From assembly GCA_963842525.1 (NCBI GenBank), contig CAWJGT010000011.1, positions 64,001-128,000 of the forward strand: a DNA stretch of 64,000 nucleotides, read 5' to 3'. Positions 43,777 through 54,010 of the stretch are shown here, one piece after another (the stretch's first letter is position 1; every line of letters begins with the position of its first letter). The notes under the pieces were generated by a model. The model was given only the letters and a program-made list of their open reading frames with translations. It had not been told where the DNA came from and did not search any database. This DNA is from an uncultured Holophagales bacterium. Lineage in GTDB: Bacteria; Acidobacteriota; Thermoanaerobaculia; Multivoradales; UBA5704. Made by a program: the position numbers and the translations under genes.

Positions 43777-45201
43777 ATGATCTCCACCTACGTCCCCCTG
43801 CAGCGCCGCCGGCGCATGGCCGCCCGCGTCGCCCTCTACGGCAGCCTGGTGCTGGTGGCCGGGTTGACCTTCCTGGCCGTCCACTACCTCGACCGGCCGC
43901 TTCGCCAGCGGCAGGCCGAGCAGTGGATCGACGTGGACTACCTCCAGCTCCCCGAGGTCAAGCTGCTGCGCGAGTACGTCCGGATCGACACCAGCGAGAA
44001 GACCGGCGACGAGGTGGCGGGCGCCCGTTTCCTGGCCCGCCAGCTCCAGAGCGCGGGCATCCCGGCCCGGCTGGAGGTGCTCGACGGGCGGCACGCGAAC
44101 CTCTACGGCCTGCTTGAAGGCGAGGACCCCCGGCCGCTGGTGCTGCACAACCACATCGACGTCGAGGCGGCCGATCCCAAGGAGTGGTTCTACCCCCCCT
44201 TCGAGGCGCACGTCGACCTGCCGTGGATCTACGGCCGCGGCGTCTTCGACATGAAGAGCGTGGCCATCGCGCAGCTCCTCGCCATGATCGACCTCAAGAA
44301 GAGCGGCAAGCCCCTGAAGCGCTCGGTGCTCTTCCTCGCCACCAGCAGCGAGGAGCGCGGCAGCCGCCTCGGCGTGCGCTGGATCCTGCGCCGGCACCCG
44401 GAGCTCGTCCGCAGCTTCTGGGCCGTACTGACCGAGGGCGGCGCGGTCGAGGCGCGGGCGCGCGACGACATCAAATACTGGGCGACCGAGGTCGCCCAGA
44501 AGCGCTTCGTCGACGTCATCGTCTGCAGCGGCGACCGCCGGCGGCTCGTGGACCTGCGGCAGGCCCTCCTGGACCGGGGCTATGCCGAGACCGGGCTGCG
44601 CATCGTGCCCGAGGTGCGGACCTATCTCGAAAGCTACGGCCGTACCCGCGACAGCAAGGATCTGCGGGACCTCCTCGAGCATCCGGACGAAACCCTGGCC
44701 GACATCGCCGCATTCCGCAAGCTCCCGGACTACGTCAAGTCGCTCTTCCGCAACGAGGCGGTGCCGTTCGCGGTCCAGGAGGCCCCGGGCGGCGGCTATC
44801 AGCTCCTCATCAAGCTCCACCTCCTGCCTGGACAGGAGACCGCCCCGGCCTTCGACGAGCTGGTCCCCCGCTGGATGACCCACGGCCTGAGCGTCACTCT
44901 GGACGAGCCGCCGAGCGCCCGGCACGGCAGCCCGCTGGACCACCCGGTCTTCCGCGAGATCGCCGGCGCCATCGAGGACCGTTATCCCGAGGCCCGGGCC
45001 GGCCCGGGGTTCCTGCCCTGGACGGCCACCGACTCCCGCTTCTTCCGGCAGGCAGGCGTGCCGTCCTACGGCTTCTCGCCGTTCCTCATCATGAACACCG
45101 ACACCCTCCAGGTCGACCGGGCAAACGAGCGCTTCGCCCTCCCCGCCTTCCTCGACGGCGTCAGCCTCTACCGCGACCTCGTCCGCCGATTAGTCCTCTA
45201 G
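43777..45201 (+). CDS. Membrane-anchored M20/M25/M40 metallopeptidase
   Basis: N-terminal TM, HNHIDV, GRGVFDMK, EE, TDSRFFR. Confidence 0.88.
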   Translation: MISTYVPLQRRRRMAARVALYGSLVLVAGLTFLAVHYLDRPLRQRQAEQWIDVDYLQLPEVKLLREYVRIDTSEKTGDEVAGARFLARQLQSAGIPARLEVLDGRHANLYGLLEGEDPRPLVLHNHIDVEAADPKEWFYPPFEAHVDLPWIYGRGVFDMKSVAIAQLLAMIDLKKSGKPLKRSVLFLATSSEERGSRLGVRWILRRHPELVRSFWAVLTEGGAVEARARDDIKYWATEVAQKRFVDVIVCSGDRRRLVDLRQALLDRGYAETGLRIVPEVRTYLESYGRTRDSKDLRDLLEHPDETLADIAAFRKLPDYVKSLFRNEAVPFAVQEAPGGGYQLLIKLHLLPGQETAPAFDELVPRWMTHGLSVTLDEPPSARHGSPLDHPVFREIAGAIEDRYPEARAGPGFLPWTATDSRFFRQAGVPSYGFSPFLIMNTDTLQVDRANERFALPAFLDGVSLYRDLVRRLVL

Positions 45202-45276
45202 GCAGCAGCAGCGTTCCCCCTCTCCCGGGGCAGGGTGGATGGGAGATGGGAGAGGGGGCCAGGGGGTGAGGTCCTC

Positions 45277-45314
45277 TGACACAAGCTGTCAGCCGGGGGT
45301 GCCAAGATTTGTCA
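45277..45314. promoter_or_regulatory. Putative enhancer-binding-protein sites upstream of pilin A1
   Basis: TGACA-N5-TGTCA and TGCCA-N5-TGTCA; repeated at 48218..48255. Confidence 0.6.
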
Positions 45315-45355
45315 CGTCCGGAACCTAAGCTCAACAAAATAAAGGATCTTTCTCC

Positions 45356-45371
45356 TGGCATCGGCCCTGCT
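45356..45371 (+). promoter_or_regulatory. Sigma54 promoter (pilin A1)
   Basis: TGGCATCGGCCCTGCT, GG-N10-GC. Confidence 0.75.
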
Positions 45372-45456
45372 ATGTAGAGAAAGCGAAACGCCATTGAGCC
45401 CCGTGGAATAGACCAGGGGCGGGAATCTGAAAACCCTGAGGGAGGAGAACGACGTC

Positions 45457-45972
45457 ATGCTGAGCAGAATCCGGAACCGGCAAAAGGGCTTCACGCTGAT
45501 CGAGCTGTTGATCGTGGTGGCGATCATCGGCATCATCGCGGCGCTGCTGATCCCCAACTTCCTCGACGCGCTGCAGAAGGCCAAGCAGAAGAGGACCGTG
45601 GCCGACGTCCGCAATACCGGCACGGCGATGTTCTCCTGGTTGACCGACCAGGTCGGTGCCGCTGCGGCCGGCGCGAACACCACCGTCCAGATCTCGTCCT
45701 ACGCGTCGCTGGCGACCACGGTGATCGCCACCGTCCTGGCGCCCCAGTACATGCAGGAAGTCCCGGCGCTGGACGGCTGGAAGAACCCCTATGAGTACTA
45801 CCTGAACACCGCGAACCCGCTCGCGCAGCAGGTGATGATGATCCGCAGCACGGGCCGGGACAAGAAGGCTGACGGCAGCTCGTACAACGTGACGTCGTTC
45901 AACCCGACGGCCTATGACAGAGACATCGTATGGGCTGACGGCTTCTTCGTGTCCTGGCCGCAGAAGCAGTAA
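45457..45972 (+). CDS. Type IV pilin / GspG-like prepilin, type A copy 1
   Basis: KG|FTLIELLIVVAIIGII; DGWKNPY; DIVWADGFF. Confidence 0.93.
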   Translation: MLSRIRNRQKGFTLIELLIVVAIIGIIAALLIPNFLDALQKAKQKRTVADVRNTGTAMFSWLTDQVGAAAAGANTTVQISSYASLATTVIATVLAPQYMQEVPALDGWKNPYEYYLNTANPLAQQVMMIRSTGRDKKADGSSYNVTSFNPTAYDRDIVWADGFFVSWPQKQ

Positions 45973-46008
45973 CGCGGTCGAGCCGAGAAGCTAAATCCTC
46001 CTCTTCGT

Positions 46009-46040
46009 GGGGCGCCGTGGTTGGCGGCGCCCCCTTTTTT
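46009..46040 (+). terminator. Intrinsic terminator after pilin A1
   Basis: GGGGCGCCG...CGGCGCCCC followed by T-run. Confidence 0.85.
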
Positions 46041-46138
46041 ATTTGATCCCGTCCCCCCTCTCCCCGGCCCTCTCCCCCGTACCGGGGGAAAGGGAGCAGA
46101 AGCCGACAACGGGCTGTATCCAGTAGACTCTCCCGCCA

Positions 46139-47527
46139 ATGCTCCGGACGTTCCGTCGTCTCTTCGTCCTCCTGCTCTGCGCCGCCGCGCTGGCTCCGGC
46201 TTCGGGTGCCGAACGCTCCACACCGGAGCTGTCGGAAGCCGCGCGCTGGCTCCAGGGCTATCTCCGCATCGACACCTCGAACCCGCCGGGCCGCGAGCAC
46301 CTGGCGGCGGCCTGGCTGGCCGGCATCCTCCACCGGGAGGGGATTCCGACGCGCCTGCTGGTGACGCCCGAGGGGCGCACCAACCTGTGGGCCCGCCTTT
46401 CGTCGCCGAAGAGCGGCGGCCGCGCGGTCGTGCTGCTGCACCACATGGACGTGGTCCCCGCCGGACCGGGATGGACGGTCGGCCCGTTTTCGGGGGAGGT
46501 CCGCGACGGCCGCCTCTGGGGCCGCGGGGCCCTGGACGACAAGAGCCTCGGCATCGCGCAACTGGCCGCCTTCGTCGACCTGAAACGGCACCGGGCGCCG
46601 CTCGAACGCGATGTTGTCTTTTTGGCCGTCGCCGACGAGGAGAGCGGAGGCGGGCAGGGCACGGCCTGGCTCCTCTCCCATCATCCCGGCCTCTTCCGCG
46701 GCGTCGAGGCGGTGCTCGGCGAGGGGGGGAGGGCCCAGGTCGGTGCCGGCGACAAGATCCTCTGGTGGGGGATCGAGGTGGCGCAGAAGCGCCCGCTCTG
46801 GCTCGAGGTCGCCACCACGGGCCGCGGCGGTCACGGCTCGGGTCTCAATCCGGAGAGCGCCAACCACCAGCTCGTCCTGGCCCTGGGCCGCCTCCTCCAG
46901 CGCCCCGCCCGCTGGCGGGTCACCCCTCCGGCCCGCGACTATCTGAGCTCCATCGCGCCGCTCCACAGCGGGCCGCTGCGGCGTACCCTCGCCAACGTCG
47001 ACGCGGCGGTGACCGAGAGCGGGCCGCGCGAGTTCCTGCTCCCCGGCATGGCCAACCTCTTCCTCGACACCGTCCAGGTCACCGTGCTCGACGGCGGCGA
47101 GCGCATCAACGTCATCCCGGACCGGGCGAAGGCGCGGATCGACATCCGCCTGCTGCCGGACACGGATGCCGAGGCCTTCCTGCGCGAGGTCCGGAGCTCT
47201 CTCGGCGACGACTGCCAGGTGGAGGTGCTGGTCACCTCGCCGCCCGCCCCGCCGTCCCCCGCCGCGGGCCGCTTCTATGGGGCCCTGCGGCGTGTGCTCG
47301 GCGAGAGCGCGCCGGTGGTCCCCACCTTCATCCCCGGCTTCACCGACTCGCGCCTTTTCCGCGAGCGGAAGATCCCGGCCTATGGCGTCATGCCCTTCGC
47401 CCTCGCCGGCGACGACCTGCGCGGCATCCACAACCCGGACGAGCGCATCCCGCTCGCGGAGCTCGACCGCGGCGTCGAGCGCCTGCGCCGCGTGATATGG
47501 GCCTATGCCGTGCCGGCGGCGCACTGA
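46139..47527 (+). CDS. Secreted M20/M25/M40 metallopeptidase
   Basis: Signal peptide, HHMDVVP, GRGALDDK, DEE, GHGS, IHNPDE. Confidence 0.9.
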   Translation: MLRTFRRLFVLLLCAAALAPASGAERSTPELSEAARWLQGYLRIDTSNPPGREHLAAAWLAGILHREGIPTRLLVTPEGRTNLWARLSSPKSGGRAVVLLHHMDVVPAGPGWTVGPFSGEVRDGRLWGRGALDDKSLGIAQLAAFVDLKRHRAPLERDVVFLAVADEESGGGQGTAWLLSHHPGLFRGVEAVLGEGGRAQVGAGDKILWWGIEVAQKRPLWLEVATTGRGGHGSGLNPESANHQLVLALGRLLQRPARWRVTPPARDYLSSIAPLHSGPLRRTLANVDAAVTESGPREFLLPGMANLFLDTVQVTVLDGGERINVIPDRAKARIDIRLLPDTDAEAFLREVRSSLGDDCQVEVLVTSPPAPPSPAAGRFYGALRRVLGESAPVVPTFIPGFTDSRLFRERKIPAYGVMPFALAGDDLRGIHNPDERIPLAELDRGVERLRRVIWAYAVPAAH

Positions 47528-47623
47528 CACGGAGTGTCGGCCGGGTGACTTTTTTTGACCGCGGTCTTCCCGTTGGCGGACGCAAACCCCTGTAAATACG
47601 GGCCGAATTGCGTCGCCACAGAT

Positions 47624-47639
47624 TGGCATATCGTTTGCC
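47624..47639 (+). promoter_or_regulatory. Sigma54 promoter (pilin B1)
   Basis: TGGCATATCGTTTGC; TGACACGGAGTGTCG about 100 nt upstream. Confidence 0.8.
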
Positions 47640-47681
47640 TTCCAGGGAGTTGCCGTATTCTTGATCTGGAGAGGGATTGCC

Positions 47682-48200
47682 ATGAGGAGAGCGCAAGGCG
47701 CACCGCAGGGTTTTAGTTTGATCGAGTTGTTGATCGTCGTCGCGATCATCGGTCTCATCGCGGCGATGCTCATCCCGAATTTGCTCGATGCCATGCAGAA
47801 GGCGAAGCAGAAGAGGACGATGGCGGACGTACGGATCGTCGGAACTGCGATGTTTTCCTGGTTCACGGACCAGGTGGGCGCCGCCGCCGCCGGCGCCGGC
47901 AACACGACGGTGGACCTGACCTCCTACGGCAGCCGGAAGGGTGCCGCTGACCTGCACACCATCCTGGTGCCGCAGTACATCCAGGATGTCCCGCCGCGGG
48001 ACGGCTGGAAGAACGCCTACGACTATTACGTGAACGTGACCGACCTGCAGGGTCGGCACGTGCTGGCGATCCGCAGCAAGGGCGCCGACTTCGCGTCGCC
48101 GGGTGAGCAGTACAACGTCTCCTCGTTCGAGCCGACCGACTACAGCCAGGACATCGTCTGGGCGGACGGCTTCATGGTCCAGTGGCCGCAGAAGCAGTGA
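47682..48200 (+). CDS. Type IV pilin-like prepilin, type B copy 1
   Basis: QG|FSLIELLIVVAIIGLI; paralogue of pilin A. Confidence 0.93.
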   Translation: MRRAQGAPQGFSLIELLIVVAIIGLIAAMLIPNLLDAMQKAKQKRTMADVRIVGTAMFSWFTDQVGAAAAGAGNTTVDLTSYGSRKGAADLHTILVPQYIQDVPPRDGWKNAYDYYVNVTDLQGRHVLAIRSKGADFASPGEQYNVSSFEPTDYSQDIVWADGFMVQWPQKQ

Positions 48201-48296
48201 AGCGCGGCTGATCCCTCTGACAGAAGCTGTCAGCCAGGGGTGCCAGGATTTGTCAGTCTCAGAATCTAAACTCAACAAAACAAAGAGTTTTTGACT

Positions 48297-48312
48297 TGGC
48301 ATAGGCCCTGCT
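48297..48312 (+). promoter_or_regulatory. Sigma54 promoter (pilin A2)
   Basis: TGGCATAGGCCCTGCT. Confidence 0.75.
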
Positions 48313-48401
48313 CTCTAAAGAGACAGCGACAACGCCATTGAGCCCCGTGGAATGAACCAGGGGCGGGAATCCGAAAACCCTGAGGGAGAGGAGACGACGT
48401 C

Positions 48402-48917
48402 ATGCTGAGCAGAATCCGGAACCGGCAAAAGGGCTTCACGCTGATCGAGCTGTTGATCGTGGTGGCGATCATCGGCATCATCGCGGCGCTGCTGATCCCC
48501 AACTTCCTCGACGCGCTGCAGAAGGCGAAGCAGAAGAGGACCGTGGCCGACGTCCGCAACACCGGTACGGCGATGTTCTCCTGGTTGACCGACCAGGTCG
48601 GTGCCGCTGCGGCCGGCGCGAACACCACCGTCCAGATCTCGTCCTACGCGTCGCTGGCGACCACGGTGATCGCCACCGTCCTGGCGCCCCAGTACATGCA
48701 GGAAGTCCCGGCGCTGGACGGCTGGAAGAACCCCTATGAGTACTACCTGAACACCGCGAACCCGCTCGCGCAGCAGGTGATGATGATCCGCAGCACGGGC
48801 CGGGACAAGAAGGCCGACGGCAGCTCGTACAACGTGACGTCGTTCGACCCGACGGCCTATGACAGAGACATCGTATGGGCTGACGGCTTCTTCGTGTCCT
48901 GGCCGCAGAAGCAGTAA
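48402..48917 (+). CDS. Type IV pilin, type A copy 2
   Basis: Same protein as A1 except FNPT to FDPT. Confidence 0.93.
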   Translation: MLSRIRNRQKGFTLIELLIVVAIIGIIAALLIPNFLDALQKAKQKRTVADVRNTGTAMFSWLTDQVGAAAAGANTTVQISSYASLATTVIATVLAPQYMQEVPALDGWKNPYEYYLNTANPLAQQVMMIRSTGRDKKADGSSYNVTSFDPTAYDRDIVWADGFFVSWPQKQ

Positions 48918-48953
48918 CGCGGTCGAGCCGAAGAACTCAATCCTCTTCTTCGC

Positions 48954-48984
48954 GGGGCGCCGTGGTTGGCGGCGCCCCCTTTTT
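48954..48984 (+). terminator. Intrinsic terminator after pilin A2
   Basis: Same hairpin and T-run as 46009..46040. Confidence 0.85.
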
Positions 48985-49097
48985 ATTTTGATTCCGCACT
49001 GACACGGAGTGTCGGCCGGGTGACTTTTTTTGCTATACGCCTTGCCGGCGGAGCGCCCAAAACCCTGTATTTTCAAGCGATTCCGCCGGTCTGAGCC

Positions 49098-49113
49098 TGG
49101 CACATCGTTTGCG
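49098..49113 (+). promoter_or_regulatory. Sigma54 promoter (pilin B2)
   Basis: TGGCACATCGTTTGC. Confidence 0.8.
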
Positions 49114-49153
49114 TTCCCCAGGAATTGCCGTTCTCTTTGATCTGGAGAGTGCC

Positions 49154-49672
49154 ATGAGGAGAGTGCAGGGCGCACCGCAGGGTTTTAGCTTGATCGAGCT
49201 GTTGATCGTCGTCGCCATCATCGGTCTCATCGCGGCGATGCTCATTCCGAACCTGCTCGATGCCATGCAGAAGGCAAAGCAGAAGAGGACAATGGCGGAT
49301 GTACGGATCGTCGGAACCGCGATGTTTTCCTGGTTCACGGACCAGGTGGGCGCCGCCGCCGCCGGCGCCGGCAACACGACGGTGGACCTGACCTCCTACG
49401 GCAGCCGGAAGGGTGCCGCTGACCTGCACACCATCCTGGTGCCGCAGTACATCCAGGACGTTCCGCCGCGGGACGGCTGGAAGAACGCCTACGACTATTA
49501 CGTGAACGTGACCGACCTGCAGGGTCGGCACGTGCTGGCGATCCGCAGCAAGGGCGCCGACTTCGCGTCGCCGGGTGAGCAGTACAACGTCTCCTCGTTC
49601 GAGCCGACCGACTACAGCCAGGACATCGTCTGGGCGGACGGCTTCATGGTCCAGTGGCCGCAGAAGCAGTGA
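49154..49672 (+). CDS. Type IV pilin-like prepilin, type B copy 2
   Basis: Same protein as B1 except an A to V change in the leader. Confidence 0.93.
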   Translation: MRRVQGAPQGFSLIELLIVVAIIGLIAAMLIPNLLDAMQKAKQKRTMADVRIVGTAMFSWFTDQVGAAAAGAGNTTVDLTSYGSRKGAADLHTILVPQYIQDVPPRDGWKNAYDYYVNVTDLQGRHVLAIRSKGADFASPGEQYNVSSFEPTDYSQDIVWADGFMVQWPQKQ

Positions 49673-49719
49673 GGGGCTAGAATCCGCCCCGCTCGGCCGG
49701 AGCCGGGCGGAGACTCCCT

Positions 49720-52144
49720 ATGCGCCGCCGGATCGCCGCCCTTGCTCCTGTCTGGCTGGGGGCGGCTTGGTTGGCCAGCTTCTTCCTGCCGCTGCTCTCG
49801 CCGCGCTGGGCGCTGGCCAACCGCGACGTCCCGCTCTTCCACCTGCCGCTCCGCACCGCCTTCCGTGAGCTGGCCGCGAGCGGCCTGCCGGTGTGGAACC
49901 CCTGGCTGCACGGCGGCCAGCCGATCCTCTCGAACCCCAGCTACGCGGCCTTCTACCCGCCGAGCTGGCTGGCCTTCGCCGTCCCTCCGGCCTACGCGCT
50001 CAACCTGCTGGCGGTCCTCCATGCAGGGATCGCGTTCGCCGGGGCTTGGCGGCTCGCGCGCCGGCTCGGTACGGGCCGCGGCGCGGCTGCGCTCGCCGCC
50101 CTCGGCTACACCGGGAGCGGCGCCCTGCTCTCGCTGCTCAGCGCCTACACCCTGTTCTGCAGCATGGCCTGGTTCCCCTGGGTTCTCGCGGCGGGGGACG
50201 CTGCGCTGCGGTCGGCCGATCGCCGCGGCTGGCTGCGCCCCGCCCTGGCCTGCGGCGGCGCCCTCGCCCTCCAGCTCCTGAACGGCGAGCCGGTGACCGT
50301 CGTGGTGAGCGGGCTCGGGCTGCTCTGCCTGGCGGCATCCGCCGCAGCCCGCAACCCCCGGGCCGCGCCGCGGGTGCTGGTGCCGGTCGCGGCGGCCCTG
50401 GCCCTCGCCGCCATCCAGCTCGTCCCCACCCTGGGAAGGCTTGCCGACTCGCCGCGCGCCGGCGGGGTCGAGGCCGGCCAGGCGGCCACCTGGTCGGCGC
50501 CGCCGGCGCGCCTCGTCGAGCTGGTGTTCCCGCGCTTCTTCGGCGACCCGGCGCGCCCACAGGCCGGGGCCTTCTTCGGCTGGAACCTGCACGACCGGGA
50601 CTACCCCTACGTGGCCTCTCTGTACCCCGGCCTGCTGCTGACGGTGCTCGGGGTCTGCGCCCTCGCCCTCTGGCCCATCCCGCGCCGCGGCGCGTGGGCC
50701 CTGGCCATTGTCCTCGGCGCCTTCCTCGCCCTCGGCCGGCACAATCCGCTCTTCGAGCCTCTGCGGCAGGCAGTGCCGCTGCTCGCCGCGCTCCGCTATC
50801 CCGAGAAATTCGCCATCCTGGCGGTCGCCTGCCTCGGCTTTGCCGGCGCGCTCGGCTGGCAGCGGCTGCTCGACGAGCGCCGGGCCGGCCGCTACGCGGC
50901 GGCCGACTTCCCGCTGGCGCTCGCGCTCGTCCTGCTCGCGACGGCCACCACCCTGACCGCGCTGCTCTACCTCACCCCGCGGGCCGCCCTCTGGTTCATC
51001 CACAGCTACGGCGGGCCGGACCTCCAGCCGCGGGACGTGGTGCGCGGTCTCGCCTATCTGCGTGGCGAGGGGTGGGCGGCCGTGGCGACCGCGGCGGCGG
51101 TGGCGGCTCTGCTCGCGCTGTGCCGCTGGCGCCGCGCTCCGGAGCGAGTCCTCCTTCTTGCCGCCGTCGGGCTGCTGGCCGCCGACCTCTGGCACTACGG
51201 GCACGGTCTCGTGGCCACGATCCCGGCGGAGGCCTACCGCGAGCCGCCGCCGCTCGCGCGGGCGATGGCCCCAATGGCTCCGGGGAGCCGCGTCTGGGTC
51301 GAGCCGGCGGCCGAGAGCGGGCCGGAGCTGATCCGGCGTGGCGGCGATCCGCGGCGCGCGATCGTCCGCGCCCTGCTCGGCCGGCTCGAGCCCTATTCCG
51401 GGACCCTCTGGGGGCACTCCTACGCGATGCACGAGGACTACGACCTGATGCTCACACGCTGGGCGCGGCTCTCCCTGAGCGTCGCCGAGACCGAGCGGCG
51501 CAATGACCCGGAGATGCCGGAGATGTTTCGTCGCTATCTCGGCGCCTGGAACGTCGGCACCCTGCTGGTGCGCAAGCCGCAGGCCAAGTGGGCCCGCGAG
51601 GTGGCGCGCGATCCGGACGCGCCGCCGGTGCGGCCGGAGGTCAATCCGCGGGTGCAGCCGCGGATCCGCTTCGCGCCGCGCGCCAGCTTTCACGAGAGCT
51701 GGGAGAATGCCCTCTACGCCGCCCGCAGCCGGGGGTACCTCGCCGGCTGGGAGCACTGCATCCGCCCCGGAGACTCCCGCCACCACGGTCGTCTACCCGG
51801 CCCGGCCGGAGCTCCTCGACGTGGACGACACCGGCGGCCGCATCCGGCTACGCTACCGGGCGGTCTCGCCGGCCTTCCTCGCCGTGGCCGAGACCTTCGA
51901 CGCCGGCTGGCAGGCGATGCTGGAAGGGGAGGACATGGATGGGGAGCCTCTGCGCCTCGAGCCGACCGTGTACGGCCAACTCGGGCTGGAGCTGCCGGCG
52001 GGCGAGCATCGCCTGCTCCTCGCATATCGCGAGCGCCTGCTGCCGGCCGGAGCCGCGGTCAGCCTGCTGTCGCTCGCGGCCTTCCTGGCGGGGCTGGCGT
52101 TTATGCGCCGGAGGTCCGGCGCGAGCCGGGGACGACAGATCTGA
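49720..52144 (+). CDS. YfhO-like membrane glycosyltransferase (frameshift near 51770)
   Basis: LPVWNPWLHGGQP, FYPP, LRYPEKF, C-terminal ETFDAGW...LPAGEH plus final TM. Confidence 0.8.
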
Positions 52145-52176
52145 ACCGGGGGAGAGGCCCGGAAGCTGGGGGCGCC

Positions 52177-52370
52177 GGCTCTCAACAGGGCTGCGCATCC
52201 CCCAAGCAGGGGACGTGGGATCTGAGCGGAGGATGCGGTCCCCTGGCTGGGGGGCGTCAGCTCTGAGCAGGGGGCCGCAGCTTTGGGTGGGGGAGCTCTT
52301 CCCCAAGGCCGGGGGCGCTGCAGCCCGGCTGGAAGCTGCGCTCCCCCAGCCGGCGACGCGCCGCCCCGGA
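52177..52370. repeat. Degenerate ~21-nt periodic tract
   Basis: Units such as GGCTCTCAACAGGGCTGCGCA / TCCCCCAAGCAGGGGACGTGG / GATCTGAGCGGAGGATGCGGT. Confidence 0.5.
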
Positions 52371-52430
52371 CGGCCGCGCCGCTCCTCCTTGTCCGGCTGG
52401 ACCCCGACGGCCGCTGCGCGCCCTGATCTT

Positions 52431-53894
52431 TCAATCCGGCCGGGGGGCCGAGCGCTTCACCTTTTCGATGTCGGCGATCACCTTCCGCGTCAGGTCCGCG
52501 GTGGCGACTTCATGCTTCGCAGCCTCGCAGAAGAGCTTCAGCGCCGCCAGGGCCTCCCGCTCGATCCCCTGGTGCCGGAAGATCCACTCCATGGCGACCG
52601 CCATCTGCGCCACCTCTTTCGCGCGCCCCGCTTCCAGCCAGAGCACCGCCAGGTCCAGCCCTGAAAGAGCAGCGTCGTAGGGCAGCTCTTCGGCGGTGAA
52701 CACCCTTTGCGCCTGCTCCAGCCGTTCCATCGCCACCTGCTTTTGCCCCAACCCGGCCATGGTTTTCGCTTCCAGCCAGAGCACGCGGTTGAGGTCCAGG
52801 CGCTTGCGCTGCTTCTCGGCAAGGGAACGCACCTCAGGCATCCACCTGGCGGCCTCCGCATAGCGCTCCAGGTACACCAGGTTGGCAGCCGTGTTGAAGC
52901 GGTGTGCGAAGAGAAGGTGCTCATCACCCACTACCGCAATCTTGGCCGCGGCTTGCTCTAGAGCCACGACTGCGCCCTTGAAATCACACATTTGTTGAAA
53001 GATATTCGCTTTCATCACCAAGAGCCGCGCAATCGCGACGGTATCGATTCCCTGAGCCTCCACCGCCTGGTCGAGGAGAGTTAGGGCTTCGGCAAAGCGG
53101 TGCTGTTCCCGCCGCAGCGAGGCTTCGCGGTCGAGCATCCGCCATCCAGGGAGCAGGCCTTCGGGATCAGCGCCGGCCTTCCTGAGGTTAGCTGCCCGCG
53201 CAAAGTCGGCATCGGCCCCGTCGAAATCGTTGGCTACCCTACGAGCATTGCCAATATAGATCCAACAGTACCCCTGGAGCGCGGCGCGGAAGCCTTCGTC
53301 GCCCTCTGCCTGCTTGGCGATCGCTAGAGCGAGCTCGGCCAGCTCCAATGCCTCTTTGGTGCTGTGGGCCGCGGCGCGCTCGCTTTCGTGGCAGAGCCTC
53401 ACCGCCAGGGCCCAGCTCCGGGAGGCCCGCAGTGAGAAACCCAACCGCCGTTGCCGTTCCTGCATAGGAAAAGGTTCCAGAGCCTGCCAGACCTCGTCCG
53501 CGGCGCGAAGCGCCTCGGTGGGCGGCTGCCGGTCTTCTTCCGCTGCCCACTCTTCGAGGCTCAAGGGGATCTCCGCCAGCAGCCCGGGCTGCACGATGGC
53601 CGGTTTGAACCGGAGATCCCTCCCGCCGACGGCCGGGCCGCGCCTCCTGGTTGAAGCGAGGGCCGCGGCAAAGAAGCGCCGTGCATGCACCACGAGGGAC
53701 CAGTCAACGTCAGCGGCGCCAGCCATCCGCCGAAGCTGCTCCTCTTTCGGTGCAAGCTTTCCCGCCTCCATGAGCGAGATGTCGCTCTGGGAGATCCGGG
53801 CCTTCTCGCCAAATTTCTCCTGCGACATGCCGGCGTGGAAGCGGAGATGCGCCACCACATACTTCAAGACCGCGGGATCACCCTTCCTTGCCAT
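52431..53894 (-). CDS. XRE-HTH plus TPR-repeat regulator (copy 1)
   Basis: LRFHAGMSQEKFGEKARISQSDISLMEAGK HTH, followed by helical repeats (GNARRV, FNTAANL, WLEAK). Confidence 0.85.
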   Translation of the reverse strand: MARKGDPAVLKYVVAHLRFHAGMSQEKFGEKARISQSDISLMEAGKLAPKEEQLRRMAGAADVDWSLVVHARRFFAAALASTRRRGPAVGGRDLRFKPAIVQPGLLAEIPLSLEEWAAEEDRQPPTEALRAADEVWQALEPFPMQERQRRLGFSLRASRSWALAVRLCHESERAAAHSTKEALELAELALAIAKQAEGDEGFRAALQGYCWIYIGNARRVANDFDGADADFARAANLRKAGADPEGLLPGWRMLDREASLRREQHRFAEALTLLDQAVEAQGIDTVAIARLLVMKANIFQQMCDFKGAVVALEQAAAKIAVVGDEHLLFAHRFNTAANLVYLERYAEAARWMPEVRSLAEKQRKRLDLNRVLWLEAKTMAGLGQKQVAMERLEQAQRVFTAEELPYDAALSGLDLAVLWLEAGRAKEVAQMAVAMEWIFRHQGIEREALAALKLFCEAAKHEVATADLTRKVIADIEKVKRSAPRPD

Positions 53895-54010
53895 CCCTCT
53901 CGCCTCCCGATTCTGGGAATAGGCTATACCCGGTCAGTGTCCTGTTTCGGGCCGGAGCAGCGCCTGCGAGGTCATGGGGGCCGCGCCGGAGCGCTCTCCA
54001 GGGAGACGCC

